A DNA stretch of 64,000 bases from Magallana gigas. Its lineage: Eukaryota. Where the stretch lies: assembly GCF_963853765.1 (NCBI RefSeq), contig NC_088861.1, positions 10,044,001-10,108,000 on the forward strand. The letters are read 5' to 3'. Below, piece after piece: positions 47,797 through 61,989 of this stretch. The position numbers were made by a program, and so were the translations under genes. A model generated the notes under the pieces. The model had not been told where the DNA came from, searched no databases, and saw only the letters and a program-made list of their open reading frames with translations. Positions within the stretch are counted from its first letter, which is position 1, and the number at the start of each line of letters is the position of its first letter.

Positions 47797-48114
47797 CTGA
47801 CCCCTCTGGAACTACCCATTTGTCAAGAAATAACATTCCTCTGTCGTCATCAGGTGAACACCTCTTGCTTTTTTCTTTGAGGAGTGGATGTGTACATCAA
47901 TGTACCCATAGCTGCATAATTTGTTGGCTGACTTGTTGAAATTCGTCTGGTACCAGTAATTCATCTCAGTTTCAATAAAAGGTTCGGGATGCTTACTATT
48001 ATTGGCGACCTGATTTAACTTCCAATGGTATTTGAGATCGAGACAACATCACCAAAACACCGAAAAACAATCAACTCTGGCAGCATGCTGTGCACAGACG
48101 TTAGCGGCGGCCAT
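47797..48114 (-). pseudogene. Candidate degenerate first exon of an accessory ORF of the Kolobok-like element
   Basis: Inward-facing aagATGG start near the right TIR; donor CAG|gtaaat; frames give MAAANVC..., CTHPL...DDRGML..WVVPEGS but with stops and frameshifts. Confidence 0.3.
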
Positions 48115-48696
48115 CTTTGTTTACACTGGTTTTGAAAATATACCCGCACTGAATATTTTTTAAAAATATATTTCAGCGTTAAAAAAAAATTATGTCTATC
48201 ATAAACAATTAAGCTGATTTTATATGAATTATTTATAGTTGAAAATTTATTGCTTTTATTTTTTTCTTAAGTTTTTAAGCCTCTAAATATTCATTTGGCA
48301 AGGGAGGTAACTGAAATTATCAAACATTACCAAAATATACTTGTCTACAATTTTTCAACGCAAGCTTTTCCCACTCATTTTATTTTATCAATAAAAAGTC
48401 AAAATATTTTTCTCATTTATAAAAAATACAAACCCTCACCAATAACAATGTATTGGATTTTAAAGCTCACAGTTTGGTACATGGTTTCAATGATTTATAG
48501 GCCCTATAAGAGAATGAAATATATATCTTCCCGTCCAGATAACCACTTCAATTATTTTTTCAAGCAAATCATCATTATTGTGGGTTAAAAGAGAATACAA
48601 AAAAAATATTTCAGAGGGACAACAAAAAATTCGTGAAAATCGATGTGCAACGTTTCCTTATATATTCGCCTGATGTTTGCTTGGACAGCCTCTTAA

Positions 48697-49562
48697 GGCT
48701 TCCCGATGCGATATGTAGAAAGTAACTTGTCTGTACTTCATACGATATGACGTCATAATTAACTTTGACGTCACGATCTGCATTCCTGTCGATAGTTCTC
48801 AGGGAATGTATCTTAACGTTAAAAGTGAATTATATCAAACCAGTATAATACTGCATGTTTCCTTTATAAAGATGCTGCAGTTAATTCTAGACGTACAGAA
48901 TTCATTTATATTAAAAACCAGTATCAAATAATCGGCAGTTTTAAAGCTTCGTTTTAAGTAAAAGACTATATATAAACTAGTGGTTTGGAGACTCTCCCTG
49001 CTACGTGTAAACAACTGAATGAAGAAATTTTAATGCATATAAAACCAGCTTGGCGCAGGTGAAAGATCAACACAATTTTAGAATATTTTACGTAAAATTG
49101 GTAGAGAATATAAGTACCAATGTGAATCGTGCTGCGGAAACCTACGGATTTACCCCAATTTTTTGTAAATCGCTTTTGATTAGTAAAAATTAAAGTAAGC
49201 ATTATTTTGATGATTTTGTGGAATGTTTCAACAATATCTTCTATAAACGAAATATCTATTTCTTTCCCAAGCAAGAACTTCAAAGTTTATGACTTAACAA
49301 AGGATTTTTCTTAAAAATATGCATGATTTAATGTCATTAATCACCTGCGCCGATGCGTTTTAACTAGATCATTTGCAATATTAGGATTCGCCTGTCACGT
49401 GATTACGAAGTACATATGACGTCACAAAAATGCATCAAATATAATGTTTAACATCGATGTCAATAAATGTAACATAGATTTAAAGAAATACTCCCGGTAA
49501 AATTATTTTTGCCATGATTCAAATAATATCGTTTTCCAGCCGTATTTTAGCATCGGGACGCC
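48697..49562. mobile_element. Second Kolobok-like non-autonomous element sharing a TTAA site with the first
   Basis: TTAA|GGCTTCCCGATG ... CATCGGGACGCC|TTAA. Confidence 0.8.
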
Positions 49563-49959
49563 TTAACAATGCTGCGTGGTAGGCTAATATTAATTGGTAC
49601 AATTGTATGGGAAACAAACAAGAATTTACAACTAGTAAATATATGATTAAAAAATCGTTTTGATTTTATGAAAAAGTACACTGTAATACAAGCATAACTA
49701 CTTCTAACCAATTTGTGAAGGACTAGAACAAAACTCTTAGTAGTCAGGTCTACATAAAAGATCCGTTATTAGTTGTTAGAAAACATAGAAAAGATGTGAA
49801 AACATCAGTACCAATTCAAATGACGTCCATTGATAGGTCTTGGAATATTAGCAAATGCTACTTTTTACATAGTCATCTACATCCAGTTTCATAATTATTA
49901 CATCGCTTGCTATTGTACAACAATCATTGTTGGAGTTTTCGTGGTCTTGATGACAACGC

Positions 49960-50536
49960 ACTAGAAACGCCGTGCGAGCGCGGTATAAACGCAGAGGGAT
50001 CGTCACGAGGGAACATCACGAGAGCGCGATGAATGCAGCAACAGCTCGTTGGGGTGGCTGTGTAAACGCAGCCAAATGAAAAAGAACTTGTTCAAACGCT
50101 GTGGATGCGCAGTGAGAGCGCAGTGAGAGCGCGATAGAGACGCAGTGAGATCCTATAGGACTCCATGAGGTCTCCGTGCAAGCGCAATTGACTTGGCACT
50201 GCGTCTTCATTGCGATTAGCTGCGTTCCTAGAGCGCGCCAACGGAGCTCTCGTGGCGCTGTTGGAGATCTTACTGCGCTGTCACGGCGACTTCACTACGC
50301 TTCTACGGCGTGTTTATCAGAACGCAGAGCCACGGCGCGTACTTTGTGCATGTTCAATGTGCTTGCCGTCGCATGGCATTCTAAAATGTTCAAGGCGATC
50401 CCTCCGCGACAGACGAAGATGCCGTTGCGTTGTAACGGCGCTGTAGGAGACTCTACTGCGTTTACCTTGGCGTTTTACATTATTTAAGGACGCAGCGGGA
50501 TCATCGGGAGGACGCAGCTCCGGTTTGACAGGTGTT
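49960..50536. mobile_element. Right part of a GC-rich Harbinger-like MITE (same family as 34219-34556)
   Basis: ACGGCG/ACTGCG-rich body ending GGACGCAGCTCCGGTTTGACAGG. Confidence 0.5.
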
Positions 50537-52369
50537 TTAACCTTGCATAATGTTACTCGTCTGTATCACGCATGTAACGTGACCAAGGTTTTGATAAGCG
50601 TGTTCAATGTGCATGACTTGATATGCATTTATCGTTATTCATGCGAACACACTTTTGTAAGGATTTACGGTTTTTTCCCGATCACATTAATCCAAAAACC
50701 GCTTAGAATTTGTCGGTAAACAAAATTTCGTGATTTAAACAAGTCTTGTTTAAATTGCTTAAATTCTTCACATACATATCGTCTATTATATCAAGGTCAT
50801 CCATTCTGTTCATATTTTTTATGCAAAAGACAGTCAAAAACCAGAACGTATTCACTGTATAGGGTTTACAGAATCATCGATAATACATCAGTCATTAGAA
50901 TAAAAATCGATCATAGCTTGTAACGCTAATCAGTATGTGTCAATTTGATTCATTCTTAGTTTGAAAATTATTAGAACCATGGAAGATTCTATATAATTCG
51001 ATGTATAAAAGGGTGTTGCTCTCATATGTTTATGGATACTACTCTCTTTTGTTACCAAATAATACGTTGTACCTTTATAGATATTTCTGTATCAATTCCA
51101 AACATACCTGTACTGTTTAAAATTCCTATCAGAGGTAGTATATACGCACATAGCGTAACAAAGAACAAAAAAGATTTTTCGATAGGCATGTTGATATAGA
51201 ATACACTATTTAAAAGCCTTTATTCTTTTATCTGCCAGCCACATTATCAATCTGGTTTAAGTATTGACGAGATGTATGTCCAACGTGACCCAATTTTAAA
51301 ATTCACAGTTAAAATATTTAAGAAAGAATTCGAGAAAAAAAGTATGAAAAAAACGCCTGTAACATGTGATTTTTTTAATATCAGTTTCGCAGTTTTTATT
51401 TCATTAACAAATGAATACAAAGTTAAAATGTATAGACTTAATTCGCATTTAAAACGAAAGTCAAACTTTTCTTGACGTTGAAAAATTATGAATAAGGTTA
51501 ATATGGTAAAATATTCTTCAATAACTTTCAATTTGTCTATTTTTTCTTTTTAATCAACCGAGGAATTTTGGATAAACACAATATTCCTCCCTATTACTTT
51601 CTCTCTGACAAATTAAAAAATCAAAACCTCTGGGTCTCTGATATGACACACTCTTAGGCCACTACCAACCAAATTTTTAGCTATACGACATGTTGAAACA
51701 TGTATTCTACAAATTAAATAAATATCAAAGTACTCATGGAAGTTGAACATTGTGTAAACTCAATTAGAAGCAATACCACTCGAAATGAGAAGTTTGTTGG
51801 TTAAGAATTTTTCACGCATCGCAGCACTGTTAAAGGTCGCACTGACCAGAAAGTACGGGAAATGTTAACTATGACAACATACAAAACAACAAGTCGTCAA
51901 AAATGCTAATAAACAAAGTAATTTCCGATTGTTATGGGTACGAGAACATTACCCTACATTAAAAATTACATGTGCGTGCAACTAGGTAGTCAAATAAGCC
52001 CAACAACGATAAATGTAAACAACTGACACATCGCTGTGCACTTGTCGATGTGCCGTCATACTGTTTAATTTGACGCATATGTTGTGTAGAGAGAGGCGGA
52101 TCAAACAATTTTTAATCATGGAAAAATGCATCTCATAAATCAACAGAGCATTGTCTTATTAAAACAATTATTATACCATTAAATCACATCTATTATACAT
52201 GTTGATATTTTTAGAGCGTGTATCATTTCTTTTCTAGAGTATTTTTTCATTCGGGAGATTTATCAACACGTGTCACGTAACTATTAATTCAGGGGACCAC
52301 ACTAACTGTCATACCAAATTGCATTTACTATACTCTTTCATTTAATATCACATTTCTATAGTAAGCCTT

Positions 52370-52584
52370 AACAGTCCTGCGATATGGAGACGCAACCACT
52401 TGTCGGTGGAAGGCAGCATTTTTATGTATACTCGGGACTAGGGTCAATGAGCAGTGAGGTTTTTTTAGTCTCATCTAAAGGACCAGTTTTCATGATATGC
52501 AGCATAGATTTGATCGGCGACTTAGGATAAACTCCTTAATCTGCGACTCCAATCAGACGCCCTAACCACTGCGTCACGCAGGCG
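52370..52584 (-). mobile_element. tRNA-derived SINE (degenerate)
   Basis: Minus strand starts GCCTGCGTGACGCAGTGGTTAGGGCGTC (A-box-like head); body CTCACTGCTCA...CCTTCCACCG..GCGTCTCCATAT resembles mollusc SINE cores as recalled. Confidence 0.6.
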
Positions 52585-52869
52585 ACCTGAAGATTAGTGA
52601 CTGAACATTATCATTATTTTCGATACATTTAGCTCTTGCAGATACTCATAGTGTTGCACCAAACTTACGAAATTGTTTAAGAAGCATTTGAATATAATAA
52701 TACGTACTTGGGCCTCAATGCTCGCCTGGTTTTAGACCCGTTTTTGTTTTCCAAGTTTTCAAAATATTGTCCCTCATGAAAGAAAAGTGACCATATAAAT
52801 GTGTATTATGTTTCAACTAGTCTGTCTTCCACTTCACATCTAGTGGTTTTTTTTAAAAAGAAGATTATT

Positions 52870-54126
52870 ATTGGCCACATCGCTCACTTGAGCAACGACA
52901 GCCATGATAAAGTCAGCTTTATGGAGTCATATACAAAATATCTGAACAATTTCTAAAAAAGATCCTATATAAAAAGATTTCAAAATTTCCTTCAGATATT
53001 CCTTAGGAAAACATTGAGCCCCATTTGTACCTGGATGATTTCAAAATCATATTACATATTAAGCATTGCAGTTCACAAGAAGATCAAGAAGAACAACTAT
53101 TCATATAAATTTAAACAATCAAGAATCAACAAATGTCAACATGCTTTCATATAAGTAATACCATATACTATAACATTTGAGTTTTCGAGAATAATCAAGT
53201 TTATTTCAGATTTCAAAATTCAACCTTCTCCTCCAATGCTTGCCTTTTTTTTTACCCCCGAGGATTATTCAATTTGAATCTGAACTACCTAAAGATGGTT
53301 CCACACAAACTAAAGTTTGTTAAGCCAGAGGGTTTTTTTAGGAAGATTTTTTCATGATTTTTCCCTATGTACTCGTGTAAAAATTTGATCCCCCCATTTT
53401 TGCCCCACTCTACCCTAGAGGATCATAATTCAAACAAACGTGAATTAATACACAGTATCTGAGAATGCTTCCACTCAAGCTTTATCTTGTCTGGCCAATT
53501 AGTTGTTGAGAAGAAGACTGAAAAAGATTATTCTGTATATATTCCAATACAATTTTTTTTTTGACTATATGATTTTTGAAAAGAAGTTTTAAAAGATTGT
53601 TCTCTGTGTATTCTGATATGAATATCCTTTACCCATTGTGGCACCACTCTTACCACGGGGATCATGATTTGAACAAACTTGAATTAACATTACCTAAGAA
53701 TACCGAAAAATACCAACAAAATTTTAATAATTCTAAATCATCTCCTATTTTAAAGGGGAAATGACCCTTTTTAAACCAACTTTAAAGCCTTTCTCTCAAA
53801 TATTCTCTGTGCCAAGTTTGGTTGAAATTGGCATAGTGGTTCTTGAAAAGATGATAAAAGCTTGAAATGTTTACGAAGACAAAGACAACAACAACAGCGA
53901 CAGATAACGGACAACTTTTGATAAGAAAATCTAACTTAAGCCATGGGATTAGGCGAGTTAAAAATCCTTTTCACGCATCCTTTTTTTTTTTTTTTTTTTA
54001 CATTTTCTTGATAACAAGTAATCCACTTCTAAGAAATCCAAAAAGTGAAAAGTTTATAGACAGACGAATATTGGACAACAAATGATAAGAGAAGCTTGCT
54101 CACATGATCTTTCAGGTGAGCTAAAA
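52870..54126 (-). mobile_element. Non-autonomous Helentron/HINE-like element with ~165-bp oyster-type (Cg170-like) satellite monomers
   Basis: Minus-strand head TTTTAGCTCACCTGA..TGAGC; tail GTGAGCGATGTGGCC; GACAAC microsatellite; CCCC..GGATCAT.ATT..AACAAAC.TGAAT monomer at ~53255, ~53410 and ~53650. Confidence 0.7.
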
Positions 54127-56059
54127 TTGGATTTTAAACCACTGTGTTTATAAAATATTTTATATAACGATTATAATATTAAACCATGTACGAAATTAAA
54201 CATTGGGAGAACTAACCTAACATTCTAGGCATTAAGCAGTTGATACAGACTGAAAGAGATTATGATCTCGAAAATATTTTGAATGTTGATAAAATGTGGC
54301 ACTTTCGACAGATCATTACAGGCACGAAGCATGGGGGGGGGGGGGGGGCTGGCCCCCACCTTTTTTTTTCGCAGTAACAAATTTTCTTAAATTTACATGA
54401 AAAAAAATTGATTTGTGAAGCATGTAAAAACTCAAAAATAAGGAAATTACGAATGGAATTGAAGTTATAGATATACTACGCCAAAATTATTTAAAAAACA
54501 AACGACAAAAAAGTGTACCGTGTTATGTCGCTTTATATTAATACTCGCCCCTGTCGTCGAGGAGGATATGTATCACGAGATTGACATCGCTTTTAAAGTC
54601 ATACTGTTTTGGCAGACCCCAAAAAATGTATATTTTTGTTCATATCATTACTGAAGTTTGTTTTGTTTATAATCGATGCATAACATGCCGGTTGAATAAA
54701 CCCAAGCATTCGGGTGGCGAAACCAAACGGTTCCCTTTTCTAAACATTCTCAAGATACATTTGGTTTTGTTTTGTTTTGTTTTGTCCAAGGGGGGGGGGG
54801 GGTGCCCGTAAAGAATTTTTTACTTACTTTTTATATTTCTATCTTTGAAAGACGAATGATTCTGCTTGTGTAAATAGGCGAAAGTCTATATATTTCTAAA
54901 TTGTTGGTTTGTATAGAAAACTTATCGATACGTTAATCACAACCTTAACAGTGTTACCAATGAGGAATTCCTAAAAACTTCGAATATTGCTATTTTCAGA
55001 AATATGAATAACATAACCGGTGAACTAATTCTTACTTCGCGGCAGACAATACAAATGGTTTCACACCATATTCAGATATTTCGTGCGACTATGTCGATAG
55101 TTCTTGTGCAGAGTTGTCGTTCGTTTTGTGGTGGTCCTGGCGATAACGTACACGAATTGCCTGGCTACCACCTGAACCTACTGAAACGCGCATGACTTAT
55201 ACATCTCCCTCCCTCCGTCTGTCTTCGAAGAGACAAAACGTGTATTATTGTTGTGTGTTTTTTGCCATTCATTTACTATTTCATATGTGGTGGAAATCGT
55301 CAATAAAGATCATGTACGATATCCATATATATTGTGCTCTCTCTGCTGCATCACCAGCGACCTAAAGTAACGGTTAGGGAGAAACGCTTTAGTATCTTTT
55401 TCATTTTTTACAGATGGCGCTACACTACAGATGAGGCAATACGCAAATTGCGGAGATATTTGTGTTCTGTATAATTCAGTTATCTTTATTACTTTGAACG
55501 AGATCTACTCTTCAAAATATGTTTAATATATTGTTACATTTACTCACATTTTAAATTATTAAAATTAGATCAAGTCAGAAAACATGACATGAACTATTTA
55601 GTGGCGGATATTTACACAAAATCTTGGTTAAATTGAATATCACATGAGTAAATCAGCTGACACAGAAGCCACATTGACTGCCACTATATAATTAATACAA
55701 ATTAATGCGCATGAAAAGTGCGTGATGATTAAGGAGATTGAAAGTAGTTCAAATCCCAATAATTGAGACTTCTAAAACTCCAGAAACATTTCGTCATTTT
55801 TATCGAGTTGTGGAGTACATTTTGCTACAATATTTCAGAGGGTCAATAGTGGCATCAATATGCTTAATCTAGTCTAGGATCTTTCCTAGTGAAGGAGAAT
55901 CTTCAAGAGTACTGTACAACAATATACTCCAGAAGTGTTGATAATAACATGTGGATACTAAAAAAAACTCTGTATTAAAAACTTTGAGGTCACAAAATCT
56001 TACCAAAATCAATAACATCAAAACGTGCGATTTTTCAATAAAAATGCTTACCTTGTCAT

Positions 56060-57030
56060 TGGAAATCTAAAAACTTATTTTGTTAAAAAGCATTCTCATT
56101 GCCAAGCACTCTAAAGTTGACATTAAAAAGATGCTTGAGTTTCTGATAGAGAACATCTATATATGTAGTTTTTGGAAATCAAGTCTTCCAACAATCTGTT
56201 GGAATTCCCATGGGTTCCAATTGTATCCCATTGTGAGCAGACCTATTTTTGTATTCTTATAAAGCAGCATTTATTCAAAACATGTCCATGTACGTGAAAA
56301 TAATTAATCACTCGTTTTGTCTTCAACTCAACATTCAGGTACACATTTATATCGACGACGTATTATCGATTAACAATTGTTATTTCCTTTCTTACGTCGA
56401 CTCGATATACCCTAGTGAACTTTAAATAAAACACACCACAGAGCCTGCGTATTCTGTTTCATATTTGGATATTTGACTGAAAATGGACATTGATGGTAAC
56501 ATAACAACAAAACTTAATGATAAACGCAATGACTTCAATTTCTCTAAAGTCAACTTACCTTACTTATGTAGCAATATACTTTCATCACCTGCATATGGTG
56601 TTTTTGTCTCTCAATTAATTCAATACGCAAGGGCATGCTCTTCGTATGAACAGTTTCTAAGGCGAGGCAAGCTACTGACAAACAAGTTGATAAAACAGGA
56701 CTATCAACAGTCTAGTTTGAAGTCATCTTTGCGTAAGTTCTATGGTCTATCAACGTCCTTGTCAGCAAATACAATCTTCCACTGGGTCACATGCTGACTG
56801 ACATTTTTAATTCTAATTGTTAGACCATAATCAATCACCTAACTGTCTTTACCGGTTTTTCCCCCGATAACGATAAAGATCACACGGCGGGTGTGACCGG
56901 TCGGCAGAGGGTGCTCACTACTCCTAGGCACCTGGTCCTACCTCTATCTACTTTGAAAGTCTGTATTGCTCTGCTTTGAATTTGTATTTCGTTTTATGGA
57001 TTTAACTTATTCAACTTAACTATCTTTACT
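56060..57030 (+). mobile_element. 5'-truncated Penelope-like element (RT C-terminal part and 3' tail)
   Basis: MLEFLIENI..FQQSVGIPMGSNC..ADLFLYSY; YIDDVLSINN; YLDI..DKRNDFNF..SNILSSPAYGVFVSQLIQYARACS; no GIY-YIG domain downstream; frameshifted. Confidence 0.8.
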
Positions 57031-57529
57031 TTCATAACTTTCAATATTCAAAAGCGTTTGTTCTTTTATCAACAAATGTGGTTCAATGCAATTTACTTTT
57101 TCGCTCCAAATGAGATTGATATTTTTTTTACGTATAACTACATATTAATACTTTAATGCAGAGATCGATTTAAAATATGATATCTTATAATGATTGAAAG
57201 TCATCGATTGTATAAATTATGCTCTTCTATAATTTGAAAATTCACAATATTTTGTTCATTCAAATTTATTTTGTAATAGTTAGATTTCTGCAATTACTTG
57301 TAATTTGTCTTCAAAGTAGCTAAAATAGCCAGTTTTAATGTTTTGTTTCTTTTACCATGACAGCCTACGTTAAGACCTACGGGCTTATTGTTTAGATATC
57401 TCCCACACAAATGTACTTTAAAAATGTTGTAGTAAATAACCGAAGAAGAGAAAATGAGTCGACTATGAGAATAGAATTTTTTTCATCATGTTAATTGTGG
57501 AAAACGAGGAGGCAAAATTATTAAAAAGC

Positions 57530-57595
57530 GAAAACTGTATGAAGGCAAACATTGTATGTAGGCGAAACCTGTATGAAGGCAAAAATTGTATGAAC
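57530..57595. repeat. Minisatellite, 4 x 17 bp
   Basis: GAAAACTGTATGAAGGC / AAACATTGTATGTAGGC / GAAACCTGTATGAAGGC / AAAAATTGTATGAAC. Confidence 0.85.
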
Positions 57596-60500
57596 TTCAA
57601 GGAATACATTGTACAATTGCCGAAATTCTTGATGGAGTTTACAATCTACATAATATTTAAATGATTGTATACCCATAGGTAATCGCCAACACGTGCCATT
57701 TCAAGACAGTGCGAGAAATTGCCCGCCAAAATATGTACATGGCATAATAAATGTGTATTTGTATATGTACAGTTCAATAAAGGTTTTTGAAGATATTTAT
57801 TTTCATTTTCAGTTGAGTGTCACATAAATGAAATTAAACTTGTGGACCATACATTAAAATATGGGCACTATCATACAAAAGCCAATACGTGGAGAGAATC
57901 AGGGGTAAGAAGATTTTCTCAAACATTTAGAATTATCATTTTTTTAAGATAAAAAATTACATATATCAAGGACTGCACTGACGGTCTCAAATAGTCATAT
58001 GCATATGCATACTCTCTTCCATTTATTTGAGTGAACACTTTAAAGATATTTTAAGTGTGTAGCAAAGTATGTAGGAGTATAAACCGTGCCATATAATGCC
58101 CACGATTGGCTTATATGTGACTTTAAGAAAACCGAAAGGTCTAACTCGTACAATTTACTAGGGCATTTAAACGGTGTACATTACTGACCTACTGACGACA
58201 TATACCATTCTTAACAAGGGCAATCAACCTTGTTGTTGTTTTTTTTTACCTTAATAATGTTTTAAGGGGGAATAATAAGCCCGGTAAGTTTTTAATGACA
58301 ATCTTTACTTTTAAAAATGATATATTCCTTTAGCAAAGCATTTTCTAATGGGAAAAACAGTTTCCTGTGAGATATTTAAAATTTCTTACCTAAATTTATT
58401 ATATTCCAACAGTAATTTGAACTTGAAGAAAAAAAAACAACGCAGGTGTTAAAAAAAGAAATGATATTACCTGTCTAAATCAAATTACTTTTGAAAAAAA
58501 ATTAAATCCATTTGTAATTATGATTTATGTAGAATTTTAGAAGATCCGACATGATTTTCTGAATATCATGGAGGAAAACATTTCTTCTGGAGGAATTGTT
58601 ATTTTCCAAAGAAGGCATTTTTGCACTCGCTTAAAACGCCTTCTTGACATGATAATCCGGCGCAGTGTTCATCGGCTAATATAAGTGTTTTGGTTACTGT
58701 CTAATATGACTTTTACATAGATAATGACGCCATTCTTTTAATTGACTATGCTAGGATAAAGTATAGGTGATGCGTGATAAAGATATATGTTTAATCTAGT
58801 CTATCCATTCATATACTGCATCAAAGAGTAAAATATTCATGAATGATTTTGAAATTCATTTTGCCAAAAAAGGAGGAAAAAATAACCTTACATAAACACT
58901 ATAAACTATTATTCATATTTAAAAATCCGACAACATTTAAGTGTAATGATAATGTTGAAGGGCTAACAAAGCATAGATATAATGTACTTTGCATAAAGCT
59001 AAAAGCTTGGTTATGTAAATGTCAACAACCGTGTGTCGATGTATCTATTTCGTAAATGTCCGATATCATATGCAATGTCAACCCGTGCACGCACCGGTCA
59101 AAGTCTAGTACTAAATAATCAACCATGACAGTTTTGTTTAGCCGTGGTTTTTATAAACTGTAGAGGATCATTTATATGTTTTAGAACTAATATAATAGTA
59201 AATTAGTAGAAACTATTAAATCGCCTACATGTAAACGTTAACATAGTTTTTAGCACCCCGCTTACTATTTGACGACACTAATATACAGGAAGACAATATA
59301 TTTGACATCATTGGACTTTATTACACATTAAGTGTGTAGAACAAAAACAATTCTACGCTATCTATAACCAATTTCAATAGAATTTCAGTTATGATGCATT
59401 TTATATGTATTGATTTGACTGTGACACGTTTATCTTTCTGAATTCATTTTATGCTTTTCTATTTCCATTCTGAAAATCTGATGCTACTTGATCAGTCAAA
59501 AGAAGCTTTAATTTTGTTGTCGTTTTGTTATTAAGATTTTCGGTTTAGTGTGTCATTATGCATTTATCACAGTATGGTTTCTCAAATATGATATTTCAAT
59601 TTATTTGATCCTTTGGACCTTATTTGAGCAGACACCACTTCGAGTTGCCTGTGCCACGTTTTAACATAACCATAATTATCTCCTCCTTAACATGGGGAGT
59701 AGCCTGTTTTCCTTTATAAGAGGAGGCAGCTTTCAGTTGGCTACTATTTTATTTAGATATCCCGTTTTAGTATGACATATTATATTGAATACAATCGAAT
59801 TTATCAATATCAATATTCATTACATATTCATAACACAAGTTTCTGAAAATAAATTATTAGCTGAACCCCTTGAATCTATCAACTTTACTTTTGAGAATGC
59901 GCGCAAGTATAATAATTAATCTTAAAGTATAAAAAGAGGAGGCATAAGGACAGCTTACAGATGACTACTGGAGAGCTGTATTTCCTGCATCCCCATTTTA
60001 TACGCACGGACACTGCGCTACAACATTCTCCTCCTAATAAGTAATTGTAATCAAGTGCATACCAATGCTCTGACGCACTGTGGTTAGTAGTAGCATTTCA
60101 TTTATATTCTGTCCCGGCGTCGACAGGCTCATAACTGGACTAAATTACACAATTGCATGAAAAATTCCCCCACTAACAAAAATTATTGTCCTCAAGATTT
60201 AAACATTCATACATTAAATCTAATTTCGATCTTCGCTGTGATTCAAGTGGCTTATACATGTAAATCTAGGAAATCGAGGAAAAGTCAATTAAAATCTTGC
60301 AAAAAGATATTAATAAAACTGTAAAGACATTTTATCTGGGTAGAGTAGCCAAACTTTTTTATAATAGTGTTTCAAAGTAATACATGATTATCTCATATCG
60401 CTATCATTTGATCCCATATTTGTTTTCATTAACCTATTCACTTAACCCAATTACCATTTTAAAAAAGTTCACAAAATAAAAGTCAAACGTTTGTATCCGT

Positions 60501-60869
60501 AGAAAAAATATCAGTTGTAGCATTTTATTTATATTTCTGGCCTTGCGTCGAGAGGCTCATAATTAGACTTCATTAAACATTTCTTCTTGAACAAAAACAA
60601 TTATACGCTCTATATAACGCATGTTCCTTAACCAATTTCTATTTACGCACACGCTCACCGGAGCTCTGATTTTGCTGTCTGAAAAATAAACTTAACACTT
60701 GCAAATGATGACAAATGTCATTTATAAATAATATTGTAGGGGTTAAGACCCAAAACTGTTAACACAATATGTTAAATAATTTATTAATATGCTGATCCCC
60801 TTTGATTACAGGGAAACAATATTTTGTTCAAAATTTTATACAATATATACAACACACAACACCAGCAAA

Positions 60870-60998
60870 NNNNNNNNNNNNNNNNNNNNNNNNNNNNNNN
60901 NNNNNNNNNNNNNNNNNNNNNNNNNNNNNNNNNNNNNNNNNNNNNNNNNNNNNNNNNNNNNNNNNNNNNNNNNNNNNNNNNNNNNNNNNNNNNNNNNN
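60870..60998. other. Assembly gap (129 N)
   Basis: Run of N. Confidence 1.
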
Positions 60999-61853
60999 GC
61001 ACCTCAAAAAATAAAATATGTAGAACGACAACATTTTGTATAAATGCGCAACATAAAATATTGGTTGGTGAAACGGGGATGGGGATGGGTGTATCAAAGC
61101 ATTTGTCGTGCTAATACTCTCATAGATGAAGACAGAATGACCCTACTCTCTTTGATCAGATACTGACCGCATCGAAACACGTGACCGTATCGTTTAATTT
61201 GATTGGCTTTTAAATCTATTTAGAGGGAATTACACCATGGAATTTTTTACAATTATATAATTGGTCACTGGGAGGTTTTTAGACTAGAGTAACGGGCTAG
61301 AAATAGACAAGGACAGTAACAACTTAAGGGAAATTACATAATATGGCCAATGATCTCAGTCTACAAGGCCAGAAAAAGAAATGAAACATATCTAATCAAA
61401 CATAAACATAACAATTACAATAAATAAGCATATGAAATTATAGCATTCAACACATAAATACAATTATTAACATAATTGCTGTTAGAATTATATATAAATA
61501 TTTGTCACATGCTTATCTCAATATGCGGTGGATATCACTCATGGGATAATTTTTTGTATATTACACTGTGGGTTCTTACGCGGTGTGCCGTTATAATTAA
61601 ACATTACGTAGCTTTAGGCAGATTAGAATGAAAAGGTAAACAAATAATTGAGTTCAAAGGTGTTGAATTGTAAACGTAGAGCATTTGTTGTTGCTCGAAA
61701 ATGAAGTGTTTGTTTGTTAAACTTCAGGGAACTTTTTTCCATGCGTAAAGTTGTTGACGTCTTGTAGATAATGCGTTGTGCGGAGTACAATTACAAATTT
61801 TACAGAAAAAGCTAGGATTAACAGAATACTTGGTAAAATATGTGATAAAAAGA

Positions 61854-61989
61854 ATCTCTCATGATTTGCAATGGTATACTATTTTTATCCAACTCGGTGT
61901 GTGTTTTATATCACCTCGCCAAGGCTCGGGGATAGAAAACATACAGCTCGTTCGATAAAAATTATATACCCTCGCAAATAATGAGAGAT
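61854..61989. mobile_element. Imperfect 136-bp palindrome, same design as 19377-19532
   Basis: ATCTCTCATGATTTGCAATGGTATACTATTTTTATCCAAC versus GTTCGATAAAAATTATATACCCTCGCAAATAATGAGAGAT; centre CCTCGCCAAGGCTCGG. Confidence 0.6.

Larger units (their letters stand above)
34563..48692. mobile_element. Kolobok-like TIR element (~4.3 kb without inserts) hosting the gypsy element and a MITE
   Basis: TIR GAGGCTGTCCAAGCAAAATTCAGGC / GCCTGATGTTTGCTTGGACAGCCTC; flanks TAAA (left) and TTAA (right); repeated GTGCAAAAAGGTCA motifs inside the left arm. Confidence 0.7.

Noticed and set aside
57530-57595. 17-bp repeats as a CRISPR array
   Set aside because: Units are directly adjacent with no spacers, no cas genes, eukaryotic context. 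The same applies to the 21-bp arrays at 44565-44730 and 46115-46300.
60090-60575. Degenerate ~430-bp-spaced duplication (GCGTCGA.AGGCTCATAA)
   Set aside because: Short, diverged and next to an assembly gap; no structure beyond a probable old repeat.
60784-61114. ORFs across the gap
   Set aside because: Artefacts of the N run.
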